Shown here piece after piece: positions 28,345-43,314 of a DNA stretch of 64,000 bases (positions are counted from its first letter, which is position 1; every line of letters starts with the position of its first letter). Position numbers and translations under genes: made by a program. The DNA is taken from positions 2,024,532 to 2,088,531 of the forward strand of contig OZ199840.1 in NCBI GenBank assembly GCA_964304625.1, given 5' to 3'. The notes under the pieces are model-generated. The model saw only the letters and a list, made by a program, of their open reading frames with translations, was not told where the DNA came from and searched no databases. The DNA is from Kudoa neothunni. Its lineage: Eukaryota > Animalia > Cnidaria.

Positions 28345-30703
28345 CAGGAGTTCTCAATTGTTTTTTCAAATTTACCCCCTTAAATTGGAGGCCGAATTCA
28401 TGTTAACCTTAAGGTTTTATACTTGTTTAGCTATGACAGAGGCTATTTGAGGGGTAAATTTTGGTCCTAAAAGACATGTACGCTTACATATGACAATTTT
28501 TAATCCCGTCAACTCTTACAAGTTGTATATAAAATTTATTTATAGTATTTTTCTAAATTAAATTATTTTGAGCCCAATTTTTCGTCCTTAGGGGCGACAC
28601 ATAATTTAAAGTGGTAAAATTAATGACTCTTAAATATTACAACTGTGACTCGATATTGCGTAATTTAACTTTATTAGAATTATGTGCCTTAATTCACTGA
28701 ACAAAACATAATATTCATATTAAGTATGCCTATATGGATAATTATTCAAAAAACAAAAATTTTGAACGAGCGGATATCAAAAAAAATAGGAAAAACCTCG
28801 TGTCTCGCTAGTCTCGCTATTGCGTAACTCATTTTTTTGATTTTAATTCGTTTAATCTGATGGATGCATTATAAAAAGCATTTTAAATTATCAAATAACC
28901 AAAGGGAATATAATAAAAATAATTGATTACCATAATTTTTTAGGTTTATACGAGGTGCTAATGATATTACTGTGAAACGTTTCGGTTAACCAAATTATAT
29001 TACCTTCAATATTGTTGGATAATTTAAAACAGGTTATTTAAATCTTTTTAGAAGATTTTCTAAACAAGACGAAATCATAGATTCGAACATTTCAAAATCT
29101 GGAAAAATATAAAAACTCGGAAAATATAACGATATTAAAATAATTTTTACAATTTTTTTTTTAATGATCGTAAGATCTTGACTTATTTCCCCAAATACTT
29201 GAGTTGAAGATTTTATCTGAAACGAGGGTTAGTTTTATAATTGCAGAAGGCATTACAATCAGAAAAACTCAAATTGCACGGAGAAAGAAAGCGCTGATTT
29301 TGAATATATTTATTTATCGATGAGAAATATTCTCGAGTTTTTGTCGAGATTCCATCTGGAACACACGTTAAATTTGGATGTGACGGCTCAATTTTATGAA
29401 TACACGGATATAGCGTACGTCCACTATTAAAAAATAGCACATTGTAAGCTTGTAGAACAATTCAAAAGCATGTTACTATGTTTATCACTGTTAAAATGAT
29501 CGAAGAAAAATTGTAATTACACATAATAAAAAAAGTTAAGAAAAATTGTTATTTTAGGGGAATTAAAGAGCATTTTGTTTAATGACATTCGCAAATGAAT
29601 GTGCGATTATCTTGATCCATATTTTATCGGATCCTCAAAGATATGAACCAGAGATTCATCGTAGAAAACGTTAAAGTTTAAAATTTCTTAGAACATTGTT
29701 CATATCGTCCTTGATCGATTGATTATTTCGAAAATTACCAGCTCCTATTCTATGAAAAATGCTGTTTGTGTGGTGCGACAAATTAATCTGGGAATAATTC
29801 ATCGCCTAACACCCAACTAGAGAAAAATATTAAGCATAAATGTGTTATTCGGTGAGAAGGACTCCAAAAAAAATTTAAGTATATCGTGTTTGATTACTTA
29901 ATACGTTAAACTTAGCTCAAGGAATGGTTAAGGTTCAAAAATTGGTGTTTTCAATAAATTGTCTATTTTCAAACCAAAATAATTGATTTTTTTCATTTTT
30001 TTAATGAAAAATTAATAAGATAAACTTTAAAATAATTTAATGAAGAAATAACATTATAAAGTAATTAAAAGAAAAATTTTAATATTCATATGTGTAGATA
30101 ATAATGAGTAATGATATTATTTTGTTGGGTGAAAATTAATTTATACATTTAGATTAAGATGATCAAAGTGTATTTACTTGTTATAGTGAAGATCCTGATC
30201 TCATACACAACGATGAAAATGTTACAACGTTTCAAGTAAAAAATCTTACAAATCCGCCCAAAAACATATGTCAATGCACACCTTAACGAATTATTTTCTG
30301 TATACCAAGTTAAGGATGTATCGCGCAAAATTATCAACAAATGAATAAAAAATGATAAAATAATATGAGTAATTTCATGAGAAAAGTTGGATTAGAAGTT
30401 ATCACGCAATTTCGAGACACGACTATATTTCCCATGCGAATAGCCGTCACTTTAAGTCTGATTATTATTAGGTTGCATGATTAAAAAGTAAACGGGTCAA
30501 ATTAGAAAGAGACCGATTATAATTTGAAAAGTAACTGTGAAATATTTAAAACAATTCAGTCAACTTCTAGGAGAGTTTAATAGTCGTGAATAATATGAAT
30601 CGTTAGGAATGTTTAAGTAGGTGGCAAAACCGTGTAGTGTACAAAAAGATTTTCCCTATCGAATTTTGATTCCACACAATTTGGCCGGGGTTGAGAACCC
30701 CTG
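28345..30703. mobile_element. Putative hAT (Charlie-like) non-autonomous element with nested pogo/Tigger-like element (~28640-30425)
   Basis: Outer TIRs CAGGAGTTCTCAA / TTGAGAACCCCTG (TSD only partly matching). Inner ends TA|CAACTGTGACTCGATATTGCGT and ACGCAATTTCGAGACACGACTA|TA. The same CTCGATATTGCGTAAC motif recurs at ~49568. Confidence 0.5.
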
Positions 30704-31421
30704 TTTAAGACGAATGGAAAACAAAAAAATCATGAAAACATGTATATTATCGATTCGGTTATTTCACATTCGGAATTTTGCAATGGTAATGCGTCGATTG
30801 TCTCTCACTTTAATTAGATTTAAATAACAACATCACGAGCAACCAAATAAGAAAGATGAGTTTATATTAACACTCATCTACTAAATTAATTTAAATCAAT
30901 CATAGAAAAACCTCCGACAAACTTTAAAACACGAATGCACACGCGCATATGTATTTTAAAGGAGGACACCGCCGGCCGTACTTTCTAGGTGCCCCTGACT
31001 AATTAAATCTCACCACCCCCGAAGATTATATCTAAATTTAGTCATTTTGAGTACGCCCAAAATCACTACAACAGATTAATTCGAAACTTTTAATAATTTT
31101 AAGGTGCGTCTGGATATTTATATCTAGAATTCCTCCGCTTCTGGCCCATTACTAATGTGTACAATCAATTTTTCATTATTTATCAATTAATCACACGTCT
31201 GATCATCTACTTAAACTTGCGATGGATAACAAAAATGAGAACATTGAAATATATTTGTTTGACCATATTTACACAGCGTACATTTCACTGGAAATTAACC
31301 AGCCACCAGCAACCAATAATTAGCATAGGGTACTGTACATGCGTACGCAGCCACACACAGTAGGTAAGCTAGAACAACAAACACCGTGCAGTGGCAGATT
31401 GAACATTATTCCGACTATGAG

Positions 31422-34017
31422 ATGAAGCGCAAACTATCGGTTCTCTCGGAGGAATTCTGCAAGGCTAAAAAGCTACCCATTCTGGACATGCCCGACCTTT
31501 CCAACATTACAACCAAGGTGGGTGGCAGTTATGGTTGTTGTATTGTGACTGAGAATGTGAACCAATGTTTAGGCTGATCTGAGTTTGAGCTGTCTCAAAG
31601 AGCAGAATAAGAATTTGGCAGTCGCTTTGGAGCAGCAAAAATTGAAACAAGCTGAACAGGCCAAGACTATAAAAGATTATGAATCTGTCCATTCGAAATT
31701 TTCCACAATAGCAATAGAGTTTAAAAATTCATTGATAACAGTAATGTGTTTCGGTTGATTATGGCTGGCTGATTTGGGGTTGGTTGTTTTAGTTGGTGGA
31801 ACACTTGAATACTATTCGCAAAGAGTATAACTGTAACGACGAAAATTTCTCCGATCTAAAACGTAAATGTTAATTTATCACTTTATCCACTGTATACACA
31901 TGTATACATGTGTATGTCTATACATTTATAACGGATTTATTTGATGTATGTGGTGTGTAGAGATTGACAGCATATTCACCAATATTGACTCCCACTCGAT
32001 CGAATCTATCTACACCCAAATAGCTACATTGAAAGAGATGCTGCCTACGTTGCTCAATCAATTGTTTGCCTCTTTCGTTCAACACAATTCCAATGGTGTT
32101 ACCGCAACAAATGGTTGTTTCAATGTGGATATGTGCAATTATCAACAACAAATTAAAAACCATGAGAACCAAATACAATGTTTAACCGAGAAATATAACA
32201 ACACCAAGATTGAGCTTAACGAAACACTTCAGGATATGGATATTCTTCGACACAAAATCTACATGATGCATGATCGTTATGAGGAAAAGCTCGATAATCT
32301 CGACCAAGCCACCAATCAACTGAAGAAAGAAAAGGCCGATTTGGTAGCCAATGCTGTGCATGTTCAAAATCAATTAGGTTCGAATTGTGAACCGCCGGCC
32401 GTCGAAAATAAGTCCGCTAATGGCTGTAACGATCCTGCGATTTTTAGTGACACAACCGCGACTATCACTGAACTCAACGATAAATCCAACCAATTGAATC
32501 TACTACAATCCAACTATGACCAACTTCAACAAACATACAATGAACTGAATCACACATTTCAAAATCTACAAACAACCCATCAACTTCTCTCGGATACACC
32601 ACTCTCTGAGAACCCTGAACACAAAATGCTACTAATGAAAAATAAGGTTCTGTGCGATGACAACCACCAAGTTAGAATATTTTTGTGTTCAAAGGATGAT
32701 CTCGTGTTGTTTTAGTTGCGTGAGTATCTGGAATTTTTCTGGAATATTCTCTCCGAAATCAGGTCTGTTATCAAAGACAATGCTGCCAAGTTTCGAGTAA
32801 CCAATCTGTCAATTATCTAAGCAATCGATTATGTTGATTGTCGTTTGTAGGAGAATATATCCAACCACATTGGTTTGATGATTGAAAATATAAAAACACT
32901 TGAACTGGAAAGGGATAATCTGCGAAATCAAGGTCTCAAAGATTCGCTACTTAAACAACGTTGCCAAGATGAAATCAAACAGCTTAATGAGACCATCTCC
33001 GATCTAACCGATATCAATACAACACTTAAGGTTTGTTTTTTGTAGATATCCGATTGTTATCCTACCGAATAGAATCAAAATAATTTCTATTCTTCACAAC
33101 TGAAAAAACAACATTGTGATTTGAATCTGGCAGCGGATAATGACGATGTGGATGATGACGATGTGCTGATGGACAAATTCACTCTAGAAGAAGCCAAAAC
33201 TAATCTTAAACAACAACACCTGTTGATCAAAAAACTACGGGCCGAACAAGAAACGTTTATAGCTGAAATGGAAATTACCGCCCAATCCTACGAGGAAACA
33301 TACGATCAGAATTCAAATCTTTTGGAGAAATTGAAAGAGAAACAAAACTCCAATCTTAGATTGTCATCTGATCTGTTCAAATGCAATCAGTCGATTCAGT
33401 TGTTGAATTCTCGATTGACCAGCTGCGAACAAAATTCACACTATGCCGACATACTTGAGCGACAATCGAATGATCTGTGTGAACGACTTAACGATGTTAA
33501 TTCACTTCGTATCCAACTTGAAAATAACCTCAATTGTGACACCTTCAAAAATAATGATCAGCTTTCCATCGATAAACTCAAAGAACAACTCATCGCGAAA
33601 CAACTCCAAGTTGATGCTAACGAAACTCAACTCAAAAATACCATCTCCAATAATTCCAATCTTAAAATCGAACTCGAGAATTCAAATAAAACCATCGACA
33701 ACCTCAAAACCAACCTTGAACAACTACAAAAACAACTCGAAGAGAAAACCCAATCGTTAGATTCGCTCACCAGTGCCAAAACTACCTCCTCCATTGATGT
33801 CTCCACTGATGCTATACTAAATGAACAGATTCGTATGTATAAATCGAAATTAACGTGTGCTTGCTGTAATTCCAATCCGATTAATGCTATTATTTATAAA
33901 TGTTTCCATTTGTTTTGTCATGACTGCCTACAAGTTCGTTATGACACACGACAACGTAAATGCCCAAATTGTAATATGACATTCGGTCTCAACGACTTCC
34001 ACAGAGTCTACTTCTAG
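31422..34017 (+). CDS. BRE1: E3 ubiquitin ligase BRE1 (RNF20/40 family), 7 exons, ~749 aa
   Basis: Exons ~31422-31517, 31573-31740, 31793-31862, 31961-32670, 32716-32796, 32851-33030, 33073-34017 splice in frame. Coiled coil with EMEITAQSYEE and C-terminal RING LTCACC...KCFHLFCHDCLQVRYDTRQRKCPNCN.FGLNDFHRVYF. Confidence 0.95.
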
Positions 34018-35899
34018 TTTGCCCTAGTCTCTAGTGGAATAGAATCAAACTCTCAATTTGTTAGATTCTTTTTGCGCGTTGTTGTATATTTGTATAATGT
34101 TGTTGTTTATTGGCAGTTTTTAGATTATTATTATTATTAAGCTATTTTTTTATTCTCTGATGAAACTAAAAATAATTATTTCGTCCTTGAAATTAAAGTG
34201 ATTTAAAGGTCGTGCGTGATCAAAATCATTACAAACCTGCCATAACCTTGCTTGCGCTTGCGAATATAAACAAAAATTTAAAAAATCAGGTTTATTTTGA
34301 GCAACTAGTATACTATTCTTATTTAGTTTAATATTTCAAGTGATTTTTAATGCAACATGATGATTTATAACTGGATGATTCAACAAAAATCTATGATGCG
34401 AAATGTTAAATCTTTCTACTTAGCAGCCATAAACCAATTAGTACAGTGTTTCCCTACACGGCGGGGTGTGAGAGTCATTCTGGAATGAATTTAAAATTAC
34501 ACTTTATATATTTTGGTTTCGTAACTCTCGTTAGTACCTGTTTAAATCAAGTAAGGACGTAATGCGTACAATAATATTTCTGGTTGTTTTCGTCATCAAT
34601 TAGTTCGGATTCATAAAATGAGATATGATAATTTATTCTGTTTAATTCTACGATATAGCGCATTATGATAGTAGTTCATATTAAGTGTGTTCAATGTACA
34701 AAATCTAGCTATCGCTATTTTCATGTAAAATCGGAACTTTGTTATCTTTCAAAATAACACATTTATATGCTTAAGCTGTAATTAGGTTGTCAACATTTTT
34801 GTCTACTTAGAAATAATCTATATCCATAACAATAAAACCACGATGTAGTTTCAACTTTGTCTTCTGTCCAAATTTGAGGTCCATCATTTAATTGTATAGT
34901 TTGTATTACGTTACGTTTCAAGTTTTACTTTCGAATTTGCACCTAGCCTCTGATATAAATCTATATCTAAGTTAATTGTTCTTTAAAGTATAGGTAAAAC
35001 AAGGATCAAAACATTCATTCATACACATAAATAAATGATCGCCAATTTTAACAATACATATATTTGTTATTTTATTCGAGTATATTTAGAAGGCATATTT
35101 TTTGAATCTATTGAATTTTTATTAACCCACTGCCTCATAATTTAAATTAACATATGACTCAATATAGAATAAGGAAGTCGCTAGATTTATTCAGCACTAG
35201 AGAGCGTATGAAACAAGCTTATCGACTACAATACATACAAATAATTAGTATTGCAATTAATTAAAAATAGGAAACGATTTTCACGTTTCTTAGTCCAATC
35301 AAATGTCCTGCTATGAATTACTTACGAAAACCCAGCGAGAGCATGAGAACCGCCAGATCAAATAAATACCAACAATTGATTTTGAAATATTGTTTCTTGT
35401 GAACTATACGAATTGGCTATTTTTATTTGGTTCATTAATTTTCATCTTTAAGTATGGAACTAATTTAAGCGACCAGCCTTTTATAATTTAGTAGTACTCT
35501 TTTTTTATTTATTTCTTGTGTCTAATATTTTGAAATAATTGTAATTGCATTATTTATTAAAATTATTTATTACTTTACATAAAAATGATATATATTAGTA
35601 GGAATGAATAATAGCTCCAATCATTCATGGAGTGTTAAGTCATGAGGAATTAAAAGATAATGTCCACCCTTTTTCACTAGTGCATAGCAAATAAAGTTAA
35701 CCAAAACATTTTAGTTTTAATTTAATTAATATATATATATATATATTGATTGGTCATTGTTTATGTAATATGTTTTTTATCATATTACATAAAAATTTTT
35801 ATAAAAATTATTTTAAAAAGATGTTAAATAATAACAACGTGTCACGTGATTGACCAATTTCACGCACTTTTCGGGCGCTTCTTGTTTTTTATTTAATTA

Positions 35900-36652
35900 A
35901 GTCGATATTTAATGCAAAAAAACTCCTATAACTATATCTATTTCCAAAAAATACAGTATTACTTATTATTCTGAAATTACTCAGTCTAATGACCCAAAAA
36001 CTGCCACTGCATCACGTTTTAAAATATTTATCTCGACTCATAATGGCATCCAAGAGATGAAAAATAAAATAATCGAAATCTATAAATGTTTAAACAATTT
36101 AAAAATAGAAATTATTTGCATGTAGGACAATTTGATTCTGTTGGTGAAGATGTGGATTGAATGGAAACGAAACAAAAAGATTGTAATAAAAGTAAGCGTT
36201 GTCACCATAATCTTCAAGAGAAATCAATTAGCCAAATAAAAAGGTTTATCTTCATTAAAAAAACTCATGTGAAATTCGTGGAGGGTTTCGTTGTTTTTAA
36301 AAAAGTCAAATTCTATTAATTAATCTGCTGACGTTACGCCACTAACTACTTCAGATTGGATCAATCGAATCAGCAGTTTTTTTAAGATACTCTGAAAATT
36401 TTATTTACAATGTAGACGAAACTGTCTTATTCTACCAATAGCAACAATTGGAGTATTTCATTGATTGCTGAAAAATAGTTTTTTGCTATTAATACATTTC
36501 TCGAGTTTTAATTATTTTTTAAAAATTAATATATAATTATCTGGATTTTTCAAACGCAACTTAATCATTATAAAATATGATTTTTTTTGAACAAATTTGG
36601 CGCACTTTTTCTCAGGCCCGTGGGGATTACGTAAAATTGGTTTCTCAGTGTA
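35900..36652 (+). mobile_element. pogo/Tigger transposase remnant
   Basis: IYNVDETVLFYQ at ~36405-36440 (NxDETGLF motif) and a TIR-like end ...TCTCAGTG|TA near 36650. Left boundary approximate. Confidence 0.5.
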
Positions 36653-38490
36653 TTCTTTATGGTTAAAATAGTATACAAGGAAGATATTGCTTTTACATCA
36701 AAGATGTTCATTGTTCCAAATATAGCGGTTGATCTACTCTCTACTGTTTAATATTTCATTGCTGCAGCTTTTGGGACAGAGTTCGATTTTTTTACTTGCT
36801 ATTGACGCACAACCCATAATTTTCATAGTTAAGACAAAATAATCCTTACGCACGACCACCCATAAGTTAATGTATTACGTTCATGTAATGGAGATTAAGA
36901 ATGTTATTATTAATATTATTGAAATTAATGTATATATCTACTCTACAATAAATCAAATGTGTTTTTAACTCCTTCAGGATTTAGGAAGGACATCGATGAT
37001 TAGATTAAGGTTCATCATATAAATTTTTTAAAATTTATATTAGAAAAATGTTACGCGTTTCATCTAATATTGTGAGAGTACGAATATTTAATATTTTTTA
37101 TAAAAATAAATATGTATTTTCATTATCTAATCAACATTAGAAATGAATTGAACTAGTCTCTATAGATTTATCGTGTCTATATTTGAGTGAAATTAATCTT
37201 TAATAACTTTTCAGAGGATCCAAAGATGAGTCATAAATAAGTAAATCTAGCAGATGGTATAAAATAATTGGAATAATCAACTCATAAATTGGTGCCGTCA
37301 GTATTAAATATGGCGTTGGTGTAAAATTGCATTGTGTATTGTTTTAAATTAGATTTGTACGGAAGAATGACAACAGCTATAAAATTCGAGTTTTTATTAT
37401 CCTTAGAGTTAACTTGAAAACATTCACTCAATTACCATCGAAACGGATTTTTCCAGGATATAACTGATACTAAAACATCATATTATAATTAGAATAATTA
37501 GTAAATATCTATTTGGATGGCAAATAATATTCAAATGTCGTTATTTTTGAGCATATTTAAGTAATAGGCTATTGACACAGAGATTTTGAATCCTATGTGG
37601 CAGATAAGCTTGGGTATGTGTATCTTTTCAGTCCCAGAGACTCTTATTTATAGTTGATGTATAAACTTTATTTTTCAGAAATTGCAATATTTAACTATTC
37701 ATTATAGGTGTAACTATACTCGCCTGTATATTATGATTTGTTGCAATAGACATTTCCCTACCCATTTACGTGCATAATAGAGTAGACAGGAAAAGAGCCA
37801 AAACTTAACTTATCCTCATTAACTGTCGTCCTTTCGTGATTTTTTTAATCGTGTGAGCATACGAAATCAAAATAATTTAGTACTTATTTAACAACATTCA
37901 CGTACATTAAATATAATGGGGGACTATTATATTTAGTTTTCAAACAACTTATTGTATGTGATTCAGTAATAAAGTAAAATATTGTTTTGTATTTAATGTG
38001 TAAACTCAAAAAATGTTTTATTCTGAATATTGGAAATTCTTAATAATAAAATCATATAAATATACATGAAAAGGATGAAAAAAACAATTGAGGTGTTTAA
38101 TTTATTTATATTAATTGATCATATATTACCACAGCAATATAAGAATATTAACCGATTTTATTATAATAAAAATTTAATTAATTATTTAATGACACGTTTA
38201 AGGAGAACGAAAACATGGGCTTTTATTCGTTGTTCCTAAACTTTACCACATTCTAATTTAGACACAGACTCATGAAACATTGACCCGCAACCTTCGGTTT
38301 CTTACTATATTGTGACTAGATGTAATTTCACTAATATACTCTCATTAATTAAGATTTCGTGATGTAGACATGAGAAGAATAGGGGAAATAATTTTCACTA
38401 CACAAACAATGGATAATATCGCATAGAAAACGTTTAAATAATCGAAAAATTCAATATATATGGAAAAAAAGCTAATAAAAACTATAAAAA

Positions 38491-39302
38491 CTATTCAGAA
38501 ATGTTAAGAGCCGTTGTTTTGGTGTGTTCGTGTTTATTGACTCTAACTGTAGACTTGGAAGGATCAACCAAGTCCAACTCATAACTGTACACTGTAGCAT
38601 CGTTGTTTTGAATATCCAGAATCATATAAGAAGCGATAGCAGCTTTAGAGGAAGCACCGCTAAATGTTAACGATGAAAAATGGTTTTAATTGTTGGAAAT
38701 GATTAAAATCTTACGTGTCACTTGCCAACAAACAACCAGTAGCTGAACCCGGATCAATAATTAACAAGTTATGTGTTTGTTTCACTGACAACTTGTGATC
38801 TCCACCACAAATAAGTATATCTAGACGGTTTTTACGCGCATAAGTATCACAGCTTAATTCGCAATCTTGAGGGGTGAATTCGCAACTACTACACAAGCCT
38901 ACGGTGAAGTTCTCGATGTCCATTTTGATAAATGTTTTTAAATTTTTCATCTGAATAAAAAGTGTATCATTTCCTCGGTTATTGATAACCAATATAAAAA
39001 ATGATACTCTATCGAATTCCCCCCTGACACAATAAACTTTGTTGCAAACCGATTTCAAATAATCCATAGTCAACTTGCCAGTGACATTCCCAGTGCAGAA
39101 AATGTGTTGGATTTTTCCTGGTACCTACAACCAGTTAGTCATAATGAGTTAACAAACCCAAACAAGTTACTTACCAATAACTTACTCAGCGGTTCTGGTA
39201 TATTCGGAGCAAGTTGTGGGATGTACATGTTCCCTATCACCAATACTAGCTATAAACATTGATTTTATCTTTGTGGAACATTAAATACGAAGTTACCACC
39301 AT
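38491..39302 (-). CDS. VPS29: Vacuolar protein sorting 29 (retromer/retriever subunit), 5 exons, divergent
   Basis: MV|LVLVIGNMYIP...SKLL|VPGKIQHIFCTGN...VRGEFD|...DILICGGDHK...IDPGSATG|...SYMILDIQ...VYSYEL; canonical GT-AG introns in frame. Confidence 0.95.
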
Positions 39303-41415
39303 CGGAAGACCACACTCAATCAATGTTCGAGATTCAATCGCCACATAATCGTGTTAGTTCTCGTCAACAATAAACATTTGTTTAGATATGTCGTTAAATA
39401 ATTTCCCACCAAAGAACTAACCATTCATTATTTCATTCAACACAAAGGAATTAATGTATAAAAGTATAATTGTTTTGAGACTAAAAACCTAATATGTAAT
39501 CAACAACAATGGATTGTTTTATAATATTGTATACTCGTGTCATTTTCGTACTGAATATAATTTTTGCGAATAAATTTATAAACCTTATTGTAGTTTGGTT
39601 TACCAAGTTGCTAAAAAGTTCCAGTTATTAATTTATTTGATAAATCCAGATTGCTTAGCTTAATCGGTTAATAACAAATTAAATAAATCATTTATTAAAG
39701 TCTGAAAATATATTATTTTAAAAAATAGGAAAATCGCACCAAGTTCAGCACTCTCATTTCTAATAATAAAATTTTTCAATTAAAATAAATAAATAAATAA
39801 ATAGCCATTATAGATTTTATGAACGATTTAGCCGAGAAGTTTTTATACTTTTGTTCATTGATAAAATATGTTCTAACTACTAGCTAGTGAAGTTACAGCC
39901 GAGTTCAATATATCAAATTTTATAAATGTATCACACATTCATCCGCTAATCGGCTTTATAATGTTTCGTCTTATTACGATATCATTAATTCAAAATCGTT
40001 TAATTATATTATAATTATAAACATCTATTCACATTGGATTTTTGAAGTTTTGATTTAAAATGCAATGGTAAAGAGAATGTCTAAAGATTGTTAGGAATTG
40101 GTTGATCTTAGATAGATCATCCAAATTAACATTATATAATAATATCTATAGCATAATTAATCGGAAATTAAACTTGAAATCCTTGTAAAATGTTATTCGA
40201 GAATTATTTTGAATTTTAAAGTAGATTTTTTAGGCATTTGAAAAGTTATTTGGGATCGTGAGAAATTATTTACGATTAAAATTAAGTTCAATAATTTTTT
40301 GCATTTGTAAGATTCATTTTTATATGTAGGTGTAATTTTTCGGACATTTAATAAAGATTATTCTTTTATAATCTTGTTGAAAATATAAATTTAATGTTTT
40401 TAAAAATAATCATATAATCAACCAATCAACCTGCGATTGAAGACATTTTATATTAGAAAATATATTTGAAAAATAGAGTTACTAGCTATTTAACTAACAT
40501 TTTCTATACGGTAATTAGGAGAATATATAAAAAATAACCAAAAAATTGGTAGCTTTTTCAGTTATAATTCTTTTTCCCATTCTTAATGTAATATCGATTA
40601 ATAAAATTCATCGGAATATTCACATTTACTCAGAAACTAGTTGTACCATATTATTTTTGAAAATGTAGTGATTATTTATTAAATATACTAAGATTATTCA
40701 AACGATGATACTTTTAGATAATTGAAAAATTATTGCACAACCTTACTGATCTATCTATAATATATAATACAATCCGAATGTTAGATAAATGAATTGACCA
40801 GCCTATCTAATTTAATATTCAAACACTAGTTAGAATAAATTAACTTAGACTCAAACAATAATTGTTTTATAATATGTGATTCCACCAAAGCGTTTATATT
40901 TATATTTTAAGCATTCATTTAAACTCGCTGTTTCCGTCTAACATTATTTATTTATCCTCTTTTGTTAAATGATACTCTTACATTTTAATCCCATTATTTC
41001 TCAGGAAATCATATCAATAACGATGATAAATTTTATTATTTTATAAATGTTTATTCGTTTAAATAAACTTAAAACAAATTAAACTCTTAAAAAATTTAGT
41101 TACTCATAATTACGGTAGAAATATTTCTGAATATCAATGAACGCTTATTTCAACGCAATAAAAAATACACGTTATACGTTTTCTAGATTGCTCAGAATAA
41201 AATATTTTCTCTAACATTTATAATCATTTTGTGTATAATGTTCGTTTAGATGAACAAGAGAAAAATAATATCTCGTTGACGCTATATTTTAAATATTTTC
41301 TGCAAAATAACGCCGAAATGTTGTAATAATTATTATAACATTCGAATACATACTCAAAAATTTGAAATAGCGCCTTTTGAAACAACGTAATTTATTTTTA
41401 TGCTTATTCTTATTA

Positions 41416-43137
41416 CCGTATATACTCGTGTAAAAGTCGCACTTTTTTTCAAAAAACTCTACTTCAGAAACCGCGTGCGACTTTAATTTTACATGAGACA
41501 TCGACGTAAAATTTAGGCTGGTAGTTAGTAAAGTATATAAATCGTCCGTAATAAGTTTATGTTCTACTTTTTATCATTATTTATAAAAAAATATTGTTTT
41601 ACTAAAAATGACGGAATTGTTTTGTTGATATTTAATACATATTTCACCAAAAAAGACATTGATATGACGCCAAATTAAAATTAAAATTTGCAGAATATGC
41701 TATCGAATGTGACAACAATCGACTTGCAGCTAATAAAAATGGAGTTAGCGAAAAGCAGGTACGCGATTGGAGAAAATCTGTTCTACCGTTGGAAGAAATG
41801 TCAGTTTCAAAAATAGCCAATAGGGGAACGACGTCAAAATTTATCTGCGAAGAGGAAGAGTTAAACAGGTGGATAAATGAAATGAGACAAAGCGGATACG
41901 TGGTGACGCGCGGAGCGATTCGATTAAATTCCAGATATTAAAAAGGACTCAAACTTGAAGCATCGGCTGGATGGTGTACGCGTCTAATGAACAGGCATAG
42001 TTTAGCTCTTAGACAAAGTACAAAAAATTTCCGTCCAATTTAGAAAACAAGATTATCAACTTTCATAAATATGTTATAAATATAAGGAAAAAGATAAATT
42101 ATGATCTTAGTCGAATTGAGTTGGAAACATGAACGAAACACCTATGTTTTTTGATGCTCCAGGTAACCAGAAAGTTGATAATATAGGAACCAAAACCGTG
42201 ACGGTTAGAACAACTGGTCACGAAAAAACACACTTTACTTTCGTTTAACCTGTATGGTGGATGGAACTATATTGTCTCCGATGATAATTTTTAAACGGAA
42301 AACGTTCCCAAAAAAAAATTCTCTCTTGGAGTCGTTATTCATGTTCACGAGAAAGGATGGATGCATGCATGCATGCATGTGGAAGGGCTTCATATTTGGA
42401 TGGAGAAAGTATGGTCTCATCTCCCAGATGGCAATTTGGATAAAAAACCATGTCTGTTAATTTGGGATATGTTCCGAGTTCATCTCGTTGATGATGTCAA
42501 AAACTACTATAAAATGGATACAGCTGTTATTCCTTCGGGCTTAACCTCAATGTTACAACCTTTAGATGTTTCTTTAAATTTTCCATTCAAATATAAACTA
42601 CGCGATCAATGGATCAAACGGATATCAGACAGATTGTCGGAAAAGACAGCACCAGAAAATTTTAAGAGACCTGCATTAGCATTGATAGCTAAATGGATAA
42701 AGATTTTCGGTTCTCGATAGACATGAGTATAATTAAGAAATCATTCAAAAAATGTGGCATTTCTAATGCGATGGAAGGAACTGAAGACGATATATTCTGG
42801 GAAGACGACGAAGTACACAATAATACGGAAGAAGAGATATACGACGATATACTCGGACATTTGAACAAAGTGCACGCCCTTTTGACGAGGATGAATTTTT
42901 GTCAGCTAAGGATGACGAGGATGAGTTTTTGTCAGCTAAGGATGATGATGACGACAATGAATATTAATAGTTTGTCAATTTTTTTTAATAATCAAAAATT
43001 TTTTGTATAATGAATATTTTCTTTGTTTGTCTTAAAATAATCGGATTTTATTTAAAATATATTTTGTAAATCGTTAAATGTTTAGGCATTAATAAATTTT
43101 TGATTAATAACTGCGACATATACTCGAGTATCTACAT
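41416..43137 (+). mobile_element. pogo-family (POGK-like) transposon, inactive
   Basis: TIRs TA|CCGTATATACTCGTGTAAAAGTCGCA and TGCGACATATACTCGAGTATCTACAT|TA. Broken ORF with Brinker-like HTH (VSEKQVRDWRK), CENP-B HTH (ASAGWCTRLMNRH), NMNETP, LIWDMFRVH, LQPLDVSLN, SFKKCGISN. Confidence 0.92.
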
Positions 43138-43314
43138 TAAGCCTTGGATAATTGATCTGACACGATCACAAATAGTTAGTTAATTCAAAGCATAGTGTCG
43201 ATTAGTAATCATTCGAAAATTTTCAATTTAATGCAATAAATATTTTCAAAAACTAAAATATCACACAGAACATTATTTACACAAAGTCAACATATGGATT
43301 GGTGTGTATTGAAA

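Noticed and set aside
38200-38240. Short hairpin GGAGAACGAA...TTCGTTGTTCC
   Set aside because: Too short and imperfect to call an RNA gene.
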